Origin: an uncultured Clostridia bacterium
GTDB taxonomy: Bacteria > Bacillota > Clostridia > TANB77 > CAG-508
Direction: 5' to 3'
NCBI GenBank assembly: GCA_947589015.1
Contig: CANPZF010000002.1
Span: 18,252-82,251, forward strand
Length of the DNA stretch: 64,000 nt
Under the pieces are notes generated by a model. That model was given only the letters and a program-made list of their open reading frames with translations. It was not told the DNA's origin and made no database searches. This document shows positions 50,876-60,332 of this stretch, one piece after another; positions within the stretch are counted from its first letter, which is position 1; each line of letters opens with the position of its first letter. The position numbers and the translations under genes were made by a program.

Positions 50876-50937
50876 AATAATTTATTTATATAAATAAAGT
50901 TGATACATATTAATATATATCAACTTTATTTTACTTT

Positions 50938-51516
50938 TCATTTTTTGTTAACAGTAACTTCTTTATTTAAATCCTTTTTATCAATAAAACCATTATGATA
51001 TAGAGACCAAACATATGCTATTAAAGCAAACATTGTCATGCCAATAGCTATACAGTAAATCCACATATCCAAATTTGTCCAAAAATTATTTAATTCAAAT
51101 TGTTTATTAAATAATGAAACTACTATAGCTAAATAGAATAATACCGTTGCAGATTTGCCATACCAGCGACTATATACAACAACATCTTTACCATATAAAA
51201 AGGCACCACCAACAATCATAATAAATTCTTTTAATAAAACAATTATTAAAATCCATATAGGTATAATTTTGGTAAAAACTAAAGAAGTAAGAGTTGATAT
51301 TTGAGTTAATTTATCAGCTAATGGATCCATTAATTTTCCAAAATTAGAAATCAGATTGAATTTTCTAGCAATAAAACCATCAGCTATGTCAGTAATTCCT
51401 GATATAGTAAAAAAGATAAATGCCCCAATAAAATTACCAGACAATATATATAGTACAATAAAAGGTATTAATAAAAATCTAATTAATGTTAATATATTTG
51501 GTATATGTTTTAGCAT
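50938..51516 (-). CDS. pgsA: CDP-diacylglycerol--glycerol-3-phosphate 3-phosphatidyltransferase
   Basis: CDP-alcohol phosphotransferase motif DIADGFIARKFNLISNFGKLMDPLADK. Confidence 0.9.
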   Translation of the reverse strand: MLKHIPNILTLIRFLLIPFIVLYILSGNFIGAFIFFTISGITDIADGFIARKFNLISNFGKLMDPLADKLTQISTLTSLVFTKIIPIWILIIVLLKEFIMIVGGAFLYGKDVVVYSRWYGKSATVLFYLAIVVSLFNKQFELNNFWTNLDMWIYCIAIGMTMFALIAYVWSLYHNGFIDKKDLNKEVTVNKK

Positions 51517-51525
51517 AAAAAACTC

Positions 51526-53883
51526 CTATTTAACTTTAAAATTTAATTCATCATTATTTTTATCAATGTATATAGTTTGACCATCTAAAAGCTCAGATTT
51601 TAATATCATTTCAGATATTTCATCTTCCACATATCTTTGAATTGCACGTCTTAAAGGTCTTGCTCCAAATTTAATATCAGTACCTTTTTCCAAAATAAAG
51701 TTTTTAGCATCTGGTGATATATCCATTGTAATGTCTTTTTCTTTTAAAGCAGCAACAGTATCTTTTAACATCAAATCAATAATTTGCAATAATTGATCTT
51801 TAGTTAAAGGATCAAAAGACACAATTTCATCAACTCTATTCAAAAATTCAGGTCTGAATACTTCTTTTAAGCTATCTATGATTTTATTTTTATTTATGGT
51901 ATTGCCACCAAAACCAATTGAATTATTATTTAAATGAGAGCCAGCATTTGAAGTCATAATGATTATAGTATTGGAGAAATTGACAGTGTTTCCTTGACTA
52001 TCTGTTAATTTGCCATCATCTAATACTTGTAATAAAATATTAAATACATCTGGATGAGCTTTTTCAATTTCATCTAAAAGTATAATAGAATATGGTTTCC
52101 TTTTTACTTTATCTGTTAATTGACCAGCATCATCGTAACCTACATAACCAGGAGGGGCACCTATTAATTTTGATGTAGAGTGACTTTCCATATATTCTGA
52201 CATATCTACTCTTATAATGGAATCTTCATTTCCAAACATTTCATATGCTAAACTTTTTGCTAGTTCAGTCTTACCAACTCCTGTTGGGCCAACAAATATA
52301 AATGAAGGTGGTCTTTTAGTGCTTTTTAAACCAGCTCTATTTCTTCTAATGGCTCTAGAAACAGCATTTACTGCTTCTTCTTGCCCAATAATTCTCTTAT
52401 GAAGATTTGTTTCTAAGTTTAATAATTTTTGAGTTTCAGCTTCCGTTATTTTTTTAACAGGTATTTTTGTCCAACTCTCAATTACATTTGCAATGTCTTG
52501 AACAGTTAATTGCTTTAATTTCATTTTACTATTTATTTTATCAATTTCTTCAATTAGTTGACATTCACGAGTTTTTAAGTCTGCTGCTCTTTGATAATCT
52601 TCTGTAGAATCAGCTGCAATAACTTCTTCTTTTTCATTTTGAACTTGTGTAAGTTCTTGTTTTAACATTTCTAATTTATATAGTTCTTTGTTTTCTAAAT
52701 TAATTCTTGAACAAGCTTCATCTAAAATGTCAATAGCTTTATCTGGCAAAAATCTATCGTGTATATATTTTTCAGACATAATAACTGCCTGACGTATTAC
52801 ATCTGAAGATATCCTTACTTTGTGATATTCTTCATAATATTTTTTGATTCCTTCTAGAATACCAATAGAATCTTCAATATCTGGTTCTTCAACAAGAACT
52901 TGTTGGAATCTTCTTTCCAAAGCAGAATCTTTTTCAATATATTTTCTATATTCTTTTAAAGTAGTTGTACCAATTAATTGAACTTCACCATTAGAAAGAG
53001 CAGGCTTTAAAATATTTGCTGCATTCATTGAATGTTCACCATCTCCTGCACCAATAATATTATGAATTTCATCAATAACTAGAATAATATTACCATATTC
53101 TTTACATTCATCAATAATACCTTTCATTCTAGACTCGAATTGACCTCTAAATTGAGTACCGGCAATAATAGATGTCATATCTAATAAATAAACTTCTTTA
53201 TTTAGAAGTTTAGCAGGAACATTTTGATTAGCTATTTTTATTGCTAATCCTTGAGCTATTGCAGTTTTACCAACACCAGGTTCACCTATTAGGCAAGGAT
53301 TATTTTTTGAACGTCTATTTAATATTTGAACAATTCTTTGAATTTCTTTATCTCTACCAATAACTATGTCTAATTCATTATTTTTTGCTTTATTTGTTAA
53401 ATTAATACCATATGTATCTAAAAATTTCTTTTTTTTATTTGGTTTGATATTTTTCTTTTTTTCAATTTTTACTCTTTTTCTACCAGAGCTACTTTCATTT
53501 TCATCTTGTTGTTTCTGGTTTTCATTTTTGAAAAAATTTGAGAAAATAGAACCGATAGGGATAGCAGCACCAGCTATTTTTGGAGTATTTTCATCATCAC
53601 TATCAGTATTATCAAATGTTATTGCTCCGTCTATATTTTCTATATCTTCCAAATTAATGTTTTCTGACAAATCTTTGAAAATGCTTTCAAATTGTTTTGT
53701 CATATCATTTAAATTTATTTTATCACCAGACAATATTTCGTTTTGTCTAAATAAAACTTCATTGGGATTGATTCCTTTAGCTTTTGCACAGTCATAACAA
53801 TAACCTTCCATAGATTCTTTTCCATTTTCTATTTTTTTATAAAAAAGTATTGCTGGATTTTTATTACATTCTGAACATAACAT
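51526..53883 (-). CDS. clpE: Clp/Hsp100 AAA+ ATPase, ClpE-like (N-terminal zinc ribbon, two NBDs)
   Basis: MLCSECNKNPA...CYDCAK zinc ribbon; Walker A GEPGVGKTAI and GPTGVGKTELAK. Confidence 0.7.
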   Translation of the reverse strand: MLCSECNKNPAILFYKKIENGKESMEGYCYDCAKAKGINPNEVLFRQNEILSGDKINLNDMTKQFESIFKDLSENINLEDIENIDGAITFDNTDSDDENTPKIAGAAIPIGSIFSNFFKNENQKQQDENESSSGRKRVKIEKKKNIKPNKKKKFLDTYGINLTNKAKNNELDIVIGRDKEIQRIVQILNRRSKNNPCLIGEPGVGKTAIAQGLAIKIANQNVPAKLLNKEVYLLDMTSIIAGTQFRGQFESRMKGIIDECKEYGNIILVIDEIHNIIGAGDGEHSMNAANILKPALSNGEVQLIGTTTLKEYRKYIEKDSALERRFQQVLVEEPDIEDSIGILEGIKKYYEEYHKVRISSDVIRQAVIMSEKYIHDRFLPDKAIDILDEACSRINLENKELYKLEMLKQELTQVQNEKEEVIAADSTEDYQRAADLKTRECQLIEEIDKINSKMKLKQLTVQDIANVIESWTKIPVKKITEAETQKLLNLETNLHKRIIGQEEAVNAVSRAIRRNRAGLKSTKRPPSFIFVGPTGVGKTELAKSLAYEMFGNEDSIIRVDMSEYMESHSTSKLIGAPPGYVGYDDAGQLTDKVKRKPYSIILLDEIEKAHPDVFNILLQVLDDGKLTDSQGNTVNFSNTIIIMTSNAGSHLNNNSIGFGGNTINKNKIIDSLKEVFRPEFLNRVDEIVSFDPLTKDQLLQIIDLMLKDTVAALKEKDITMDISPDAKNFILEKGTDIKFGARPLRRAIQRYVEDEISEMILKSELLDGQTIYIDKNNDELNFKVK

Positions 53884-53960
53884 ACTTAAAATTCCTCATT
53901 TCTATATAATAATATATTATATCATATATCAAAATGCCATAATAGTCAATATATCATTGA

Positions 53961-54098
53961 TTTAAGTTTTGGTATTTTTTGTAACTTTTGCGTTTATCAC
54001 TTTTTATTCTACAACACGGTAGCATATAGTATATATTTAGTTGATAAATCAATGTTTGAAAGTAATGAACAAAGTTACAAAAAATACCGAAACTAAAA
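53961..54098. repeat. Family A element remnant, copy A4 (left arm, core stub, outermost right arm)
   Basis: TTTAAGTTTTGGTATTTTTTGTAAC...GTTGATAAATCAA, then TTTGAAAGTAATGAACAAA, then AGTTACAAAAAATACCGAAACTAAA. Confidence 0.8.
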
Positions 54099-54300
54099 TT
54101 CAAGCCATCCATTGAAATATAAATATATAAATGTTATAATTATATAAAAGTAGAAGCACAGAAAATCACATAAATCAATTTCGTGCAGAACAAATCTGGA
54201 GAAAATTAAAAAGGTTCAAGACATTAAGGATTTCAAATTTGTTCTAATGATAAAAAGGAGGTAAATGTGTTAGTTCTAAAAACTGCATAAACTGATAAAA

Positions 54301-55152
54301 ATGAATGTAACAATACCAGAAAAAGAAAAATTAAATAAAAAGAATATTGCATTATATATTGTTTCTATAATGACATGTATTTTATCAATTATAATATTAG
54401 CAATTTCAAAAAATGATAGTAAAACAATAGAACAAATAATTTCTGAAAATACACATAATAATGTTCAGGATGAAATAGAGGAAGAAAAACTAAGGAGTGA
54501 ATTTCAAAAATTATTTCAAAATCAATTAGAAAATAATTATCAAAAAAGTACGGACAAAGTAGAAGAAGACAAAGATATAATATATACTAAATATAGACTA
54601 GAAAAAACAGAAGAAAATGCATATAATATAAATGTCAATATACCATATATTAATATTGATAATGAAATTGCAAGAAAATATAATGAGCAAATAGAAAAGG
54701 ACTTTGTTCAAAAAGTAATAAATATAAAGAATGAACAAAATACAAATGTTATATATTCATTAAGATATGAAGCAATAATTGATAATGAAATTTTATATTT
54801 AATAATTTACTCTGATTTAAAAGAAAATTTAAGTGCACAAAGGACAATTATAAAGACGTACCAATATGATTTAGAACATAATAAAGAAATTTCTTTAAGT
54901 GAACTTATAAATAGAAAAGGTTTAGACAAAGCAGAGATACAAAATAAAATAAATGAAAAAATAAAAGAGGAGCAACAAATCGCAGAAAGTTTAAATAACA
55001 TGGGATATAGTGTTTTTAAAAGGAATATTGAAGATGAAATGTATGAAATAAACAATATACAAAACTTTTTTGTAAAAGGAGATAGAATATATTTGATTTT
55101 TGCATATGGAAATGATCACATTACTAGTGAATATGATATTGTAATTATATAA
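54301..55152 (+). CDS. Hypothetical membrane-anchored protein
   Basis: 283-aa ORF, one N-terminal TM, Lys/Glu/Asn-rich; the start has no good RBS (a strong AAGGAGG sits 40 nt upstream), so the start is uncertain. Confidence 0.45.
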   Translation: MNVTIPEKEKLNKKNIALYIVSIMTCILSIIILAISKNDSKTIEQIISENTHNNVQDEIEEEKLRSEFQKLFQNQLENNYQKSTDKVEEDKDIIYTKYRLEKTEENAYNINVNIPYINIDNEIARKYNEQIEKDFVQKVINIKNEQNTNVIYSLRYEAIIDNEILYLIIYSDLKENLSAQRTIIKTYQYDLEHNKEISLSELINRKGLDKAEIQNKINEKIKEEQQIAESLNNMGYSVFKRNIEDEMYEINNIQNFFVKGDRIYLIFAYGNDHITSEYDIVII

Positions 55153-55413
55153 TGAAAAATATAATATTGTATGTAAAATAAAAGAAGTGAATAAGCCATT
55201 GAGAGGAAGATTCAGTACATTATAATTTATTACGTCAAAATGCAAAAGCGATTAATATTTTTTATATTAATCGCTTTTTGAAAATAAAAGGGGATGTTTT
55301 TAATTTAAATCAGTTTTAGCTGATTACAAATATAATATAACAATTATTTTTGAACATTGTGTGAACTCAAAGTGAAAATATAAGAAAAATTATGATTATA
55401 TTTTTTATATTGG

Positions 55414-56679
55414 CTAAGGTTGTTCACCTAATGTAAGACTAATATCTTTTTCAGAACCATCTCTAGAAACTTTAAGTTTCATTTCATCGCCAATTTTATG
55501 AGAATTTTTAATTTTATTTAATTCATCCATTGAGGTAATTTTAGTACCATCAGCTTCAATGATTACATCACCGATTTTTAATCCAGCTTTTTCAGCAGCA
55601 GAAAAATCATCAATTGATTTTACATATATTCCTTTAACTAAATTATAAGTTTTAGCGGTTTTCTCATCTAAATCCATTCCAGAAATTCCAATATAAGGTC
55701 TTCTAACTTTACTATATTGAATTAATTCTGAAGTAATTTCAGTAGTAGAATTTATAGGAATAGCAAATCCCATTCCTTCAATACCAGTTCCAGAAAGTTT
55801 TAAAGTATTAATACCAATTACTTTACCTTCACTATTTACTAAAGCACCACCACTATTACCAGAATTAATAGCAGCATCTGTTTGTATTAAAACAAATTTT
55901 TTACCATCAGAATCTGTAACTTCTCTGTTGACTGCACTTATAACTCCACAAGTAATACTACTCTGCATTCCCAAAGGGTTACCAACAGCCATTGCAAATT
56001 CTCCAACCTTTATACTATCTGAATCAGCAAATTCAGCTTTAGCAAGACCTGTTTTTTCTATTTTTATAACAGCTAGGTCTGTTTGTTCGTCCTTTCCAAT
56101 AATTTTAGCCTCATATTCAGTTTCATCATTAAATAAAGTTACAACTACTTTATTAGCATCTGAAACTTGATAATATGATTCACTTGAAGAAGTTGAAACA
56201 ATATGATTGTTAGTTAAAATGTAACCATCTTCACTAATAATAATACCTGAACCACTAGCAGTAGCTAAAGATGATTGTGTTTGGTTACTAAAAATAGATA
56301 GAGCAGAATTTACAGTATATTCTACTTTTATACCAACAATAGAAGGAAGTATTTTATTAGCTGCATATATTGATGTATCTGAATACTGAGAAAGAGAAGT
56401 TTGACTGACTAAACCTGTTGAAATATTATTGTTATTACTATTATTACTTTCTAAAACATTGTTAGAATTAGATAATAGTGAATCTCTTATAGATGGAACT
56501 CCAAAACAAGTTCCTATTACTACTGAGCAACCTATAACCCCACTAAAGAATGGCAATAAAACATTTTTACCAAATCCATTTTTTGATTTTACAGTATTAT
56601 TACTAGAAGTTTCATATACAGTTTTATATGAATTTGGATTTTTTACAGTTTTAAATGATGTTTCTTGATTTTCTTCCAT
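55414..56679 (-). CDS. htrA: HtrA/DegP-family serine protease with PDZ domain
   Basis: TNNHIV (His), DLAVIKI (Asp), GNSGGALVN (Ser); C-terminal PDZ. Confidence 0.9.
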   Translation of the reverse strand: MEENQETSFKTVKNPNSYKTVYETSSNNTVKSKNGFGKNVLLPFFSGVIGCSVVIGTCFGVPSIRDSLLSNSNNVLESNNSNNNNISTGLVSQTSLSQYSDTSIYAANKILPSIVGIKVEYTVNSALSIFSNQTQSSLATASGSGIIISEDGYILTNNHIVSTSSSESYYQVSDANKVVVTLFNDETEYEAKIIGKDEQTDLAVIKIEKTGLAKAEFADSDSIKVGEFAMAVGNPLGMQSSITCGVISAVNREVTDSDGKKFVLIQTDAAINSGNSGGALVNSEGKVIGINTLKLSGTGIEGMGFAIPINSTTEITSELIQYSKVRRPYIGISGMDLDEKTAKTYNLVKGIYVKSIDDFSAAEKAGLKIGDVIIEADGTKITSMDELNKIKNSHKIGDEMKLKVSRDGSEKDISLTLGEQP

Positions 56680-56825
56680 TTTGAAAGACCTCCTATTTTT
56701 TATTATATATATAATACCTTAATTTAAAATAATAATACAATACATTTGTGAAATTTATGTGAAAAAATATAGTTTTTTTGATGTCAACATTGTTAATTGA
56801 GTAATTACATCAAAGATTTGATTAT

Positions 56826-57006
56826 TATGCAGTGTTACTAGTCAGCCTTGAAAAATATGAATTATTAAAAATGCCTATATATTAATATTTAGCAGTCAAG
56901 ACCATGATTGTTATGCCCTAGCTATGTTTTGACAAAAAATATTAATATATAGGCATTTTTCTGAAATTATGTGTATAGAATGGCTGACTAGTAACTATGC
57001 AGTAAC
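56826..57006 (-). repeat. Family B palindromic element, copy B3 (inverted, divergent outer arms)
   Basis: Centre is the reverse complement of the B1/B4 centre (highly similar, about 80% by eye); inner arms AAAATGCCTATATATTAATAT/ATATTAATATATAGGCATTTT; outer arms GCAGTGTTACTAGTCAGCC/GGCTGACTAGTAACTATGC. Confidence 0.8.
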
Positions 57007-57096
57007 TTAATATTTATAAATTTTATAAATTATACTTGAAATTGTTTTTACTTAAATATATAATTATTATGAAAATTATATGAAAAAGGTGATTTA

Positions 57097-57615
57097 ATGA
57101 GAAAGAAAGCAGAACAAGGAATAACATTAATGGCATTAGTAATAACAGTAGCAGTTTTGTTAATTATAGCATCAATAGGAATAAATGCAGGAACAGATAT
57201 AATAAAAAAAGCACAATTAGAAAGTATAAAAACAAATATGTTGTTAATACAAGCTAAAGCTAAAGAATATGTAGAAGAAGTGAGTTTTAAAAAAGGACCA
57301 GGAGATACAACAAATAATATTGAACAGATAAGAAGTGAAATATATGAAAAAAAATATGGATTAGCAAAGCCTGGTGATTCACCAGGAGAGGTAAGCCAAT
57401 TAGTAGGATCATTACAAAATTCAGATAATATAGTGTATTATTATGTACAACAAAAGGCTTTAGAAACAGCAGGATTAAATAATGTAACAGAGGGGAAAGG
57501 AACAGGATATTATGTAGTAGGATTCGATGAAACAAATCTTAAAGTAGAGGTATATAACACTGTAGGATTTGATAACAAACATTCTTTAACTGAAATAGAA
57601 CAAATAGAGGAATAA
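57097..57615 (+). CDS. Pilin-like N-terminus protein (third paralogue)
   Basis: MRKKAEQG/ITLMALVITVAVLLIIASIGI; 172 aa. Confidence 0.65.
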   Translation: MRKKAEQGITLMALVITVAVLLIIASIGINAGTDIIKKAQLESIKTNMLLIQAKAKEYVEEVSFKKGPGDTTNNIEQIRSEIYEKKYGLAKPGDSPGEVSQLVGSLQNSDNIVYYYVQQKALETAGLNNVTEGKGTGYYVVGFDETNLKVEVYNTVGFDNKHSLTEIEQIEE

Positions 57616-57617
57616 TA

Positions 57618-58244
57618 ATGAAAGAAAAAGAAATAGAAAGACTAACTAATTTAAAACAAATAGAAAAACAATGGCATGAAAAGGGAAATAAAAATATATG
57701 TGGCATAGATGAAGCAGGTAGAGGACCATTAGCAGGACCGGTAGTTGTTGCAGGAGTTATTATGCCAGAAGATTCAATGATAGAAGGAGTTAATGATTCA
57801 AAAAAAGTATCAGAAAAAAAGAGAGAGAAACTTTATGATATTATAATAAATGAAGCAATTAGCTATTCTGTTGCAATTATAGGGCAAGATGTTATAGATG
57901 AAATAAATATATTAAATGCAACTAAAAAAGGACTAACTACAGTAGTAGAAGAGTTAGATATAAGACCAGATTTAATTTTGGTAGATGCTTTAACAAATAT
58001 TGATACTAAAGGAGTACCATATCAATCTATTATAAAAGGAGATGCCAAAAGCTATTGTATAGCAGCAGCATCAATTATAGCGAAAGTAACAAGGGATAGA
58101 ATTATGAGAGAATGGGATAGTGTATATCCTCAATATGGTTTTATTCAACATAAAGGTTATGGAACAGCTAAACATATATTAGCAATAAAAGAATTTGGGC
58201 TTTGTCCAATACATAGAAGAAGTTTTACTAAAAACTTTGTATAA
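57618..58244 (+). CDS. rnhB: Ribonuclease HII
   Basis: GIDEAGRGPLAGPVVVAGV; ...ASIIAKVTRD... Confidence 0.95.
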   Translation: MKEKEIERLTNLKQIEKQWHEKGNKNICGIDEAGRGPLAGPVVVAGVIMPEDSMIEGVNDSKKVSEKKREKLYDIIINEAISYSVAIIGQDVIDEINILNATKKGLTTVVEELDIRPDLILVDALTNIDTKGVPYQSIIKGDAKSYCIAAASIIAKVTRDRIMREWDSVYPQYGFIQHKGYGTAKHILAIKEFGLCPIHRRSFTKNFV

Positions 58245-58349
58245 TAAATAGGAATTATAAAAACAGGCAGGCACTAGATTTCTTCAGTACCTGCCTGCTT
58301 CTGACAGATTTAATTAAAAAAACACTTTGCAAATCCGTCATTTTCCTCA

Positions 58350-58433
58350 TTATCTCTGAATGTTGTGAGTTTTCCAGAGATAATCAAAAAAACAGTTGCT
58401 ATAAATATAACATTTAGCAACTTCCGCATACAT
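58350..58433 (-). CDS. Small 27-aa ORF MYAEVAKCYIYSNCFFDYLWKTHNIQR with its own promoter, SD and terminator
   Basis: AGGAGGTGG just upstream of ATG; TGcTATAAT extended -10 near 58470; terminator GCAGGCAGG...CCTGCCTG plus T-run at 58262-58300. Confidence 0.35.
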   Translation of the reverse strand: MYAEVAKCYIYSNCFFDYLWKTHNIQR

Positions 58434-58505
58434 GCCACCTCCTATGATGTATAATATAGTGATTATAGCACAAAAATATAGTAAAAACAAGTAAAGAAGA
58501 AAGGA

Positions 58506-59822
58506 ATGCAATTAAATATGAATATTTTAGAAATTATTGAGAAAAAAAGAGATAAAAATAAATTAGAAAAAGAGGAAATTTCTTTCTTTATTAAAGGATA
58601 TACGCAAGGAAAAATAACAGATTATCAGGCGGCGAGTCTTGTAATGGCAATTTATTTAAATGGAATGACTGAAGACGAAACAGCTAATTTAACATTAGCT
58701 ATGTCAGAATCTGGAGAAATGTTGGACTTATCTAATATAAGAGATATTATTGTGGACAAACATTCAACAGGAGGAGTTGGAGATAAAGTTTCTTTAATTT
58801 TATTACCAATAGTTGCTTCATTAGGTGTTACTGTTGCTAAAATGTCAGGAAGAGGTTTAGGATTTACTGGAGGAACAGTAGACAAATTAGAGTCAATTCC
58901 TGGATATAAGACCAACATTGATATACCTCAATTTATAGACAATATAGAAAAAATAGGAATTAGTATGATTTCTCAAACTATGAATTTAGCACCAGCAGAT
59001 AAAAAATTATATGCATTACGTGATAGTATTGCCTGTGTTGAAAGTATTCCGTTAATTGCTTCTAGCATTATGAGCAAAAAAATAGCAAGTGGTGCTCAAA
59101 AGATTGTTTTAGATGTTACATGTGGTAAAGGTGCTTTTATGAAAAATATAGAAGATGCAAGGAATTTAGCAAATGAAATGATAACAATAGGAAAAATGGT
59201 TAATAGAGAAACAATTTGTGTATTGACTAGCATGGACGAACCTTTGGGACATGCAGTAGGAAATACATTAGAGGTAATAGAAGCTATACAATTTTTAAAA
59301 GGAAAAATCACAGAAGATGTAAAAGAAGTTGTTTTGGAATTGGGTTCATATATGATAAAATTAGCAGGTAAAGGTGAAAATATAGAAGAAAATAAACAAA
59401 AAATGTTAGAAAATATTAGTAATGGCAATGCTTTTAATAAGTTTCTAGAACTAGTTAAAAATCAAGGCGGAGACATTTCATATATTGAAGATACAGAAAA
59501 ATTTGAAAAAGCATCTTATATAGAACCAGTATATAGTATAAAATCAGGATATATACAAGAAATAAATGCACTTAATGTAGGAAAGATAGCATGTAATTTA
59601 GGTGCAGGAAGAATAACAAAAGAAGATAATATAGATGCTTCAGCTGGAATTGTATTGCAAAAAAAAGTGACAGATTTTATTGAAAAAGGTGAGCTGATAG
59701 CATATATTCACACAAATGATAAAGAGAAAATCCAAAAATCAAAAAAACAATTAATTGATAGTATAAAAGTAGGAGAAGAGAAAATAGAAAAAAAGCAATC
59801 TGTAATAGAAGTTTTAATGTAG
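58506..59822 (+). CDS. pdp: Pyrimidine-nucleoside (thymidine) phosphorylase
   Basis: DKHSTGGVGDK, SGRGLGFTGGTVDKLESIPG; the start could instead be 58518. Confidence 0.9.
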   Translation: MQLNMNILEIIEKKRDKNKLEKEEISFFIKGYTQGKITDYQAASLVMAIYLNGMTEDETANLTLAMSESGEMLDLSNIRDIIVDKHSTGGVGDKVSLILLPIVASLGVTVAKMSGRGLGFTGGTVDKLESIPGYKTNIDIPQFIDNIEKIGISMISQTMNLAPADKKLYALRDSIACVESIPLIASSIMSKKIASGAQKIVLDVTCGKGAFMKNIEDARNLANEMITIGKMVNRETICVLTSMDEPLGHAVGNTLEVIEAIQFLKGKITEDVKEVVLELGSYMIKLAGKGENIEENKQKMLENISNGNAFNKFLELVKNQGGDISYIEDTEKFEKASYIEPVYSIKSGYIQEINALNVGKIACNLGAGRITKEDNIDASAGIVLQKKVTDFIEKGELIAYIHTNDKEKIQKSKKQLIDSIKVGEEKIEKKQSVIEVLM

Positions 59823-59877
59823 TTTTTGGCCCAATTGTGTATATATATACATTTTGTTTAAATAGCAATAAAAAATC

Positions 59878-60034
59878 GTTACAAGATAATGGTTTAAAAA
59901 TTAGCTATGAAAATGCTTATATATTAATATATTTTGTCAAAACATATCTGGGGTGTAACAATCTGGGTTTTGACTGCAAATATTAATATATAAGCATTTT
60001 CCATATTCTAAGTTTATAACCATTATCATGTAAC
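59878..60034 (+). repeat. Family B palindromic element, copy B4 (most complete)
   Basis: GTTACAAGATAATGGTT...AACCATTATCATGTAAC outer arms; nested inner arms; asymmetric centre TTTTGTCAAAACATATCTGGGGTGTAACAATCTGGGTTTTGACTGCAAA. Confidence 0.85.
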
Positions 60035-60126
60035 AAAAAATCGAAAATTAAATAATATAGGGATTGAAAAAATTATTTAATATGTTATAATAAATAAGGA
60101 AGTAAAAATAAAAATGTAATTTTTAT

Positions 60127-60318
60127 TTGACCAAATTTGTAAATAAGAAAGGAAATGCAAGAAAGATGAAAAATGCAAAAAAAGAAACAAATGAAGTTAA
60201 TAAAAAGCAAAAAAGTTATGATAAAGGACAAATATTTGTAAAAGTAATGGCAGGAGTATTAGCATTAATGATGATAGCAACAGCAGCAGCATCACTTATT
60301 TTTTCACTAATAAGATAA
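60127..60318 (+). CDS. Small basic protein with a C-terminal TM segment
   Basis: ...KGQIFVKVMAGVLALMMIATAAASLIFSLIR; true start probably the internal Met at 60166. Confidence 0.4.
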   Translation: MTKFVNKKGNARKMKNAKKETNEVNKKQKSYDKGQIFVKVMAGVLALMMIATAAASLIFSLIR

Positions 60319-60332
60319 AAAAGGAGTAATAA

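Noticed and set aside
54255-54300. Strong AAGGAGG with a GTG 7 nt downstream, 34 nt before the annotated ATG at 54301
   Set aside because: The GTG frame stops after 7 codons and is out of frame with the main ORF. It could reflect another indel error, but the sequence alone cannot show this.
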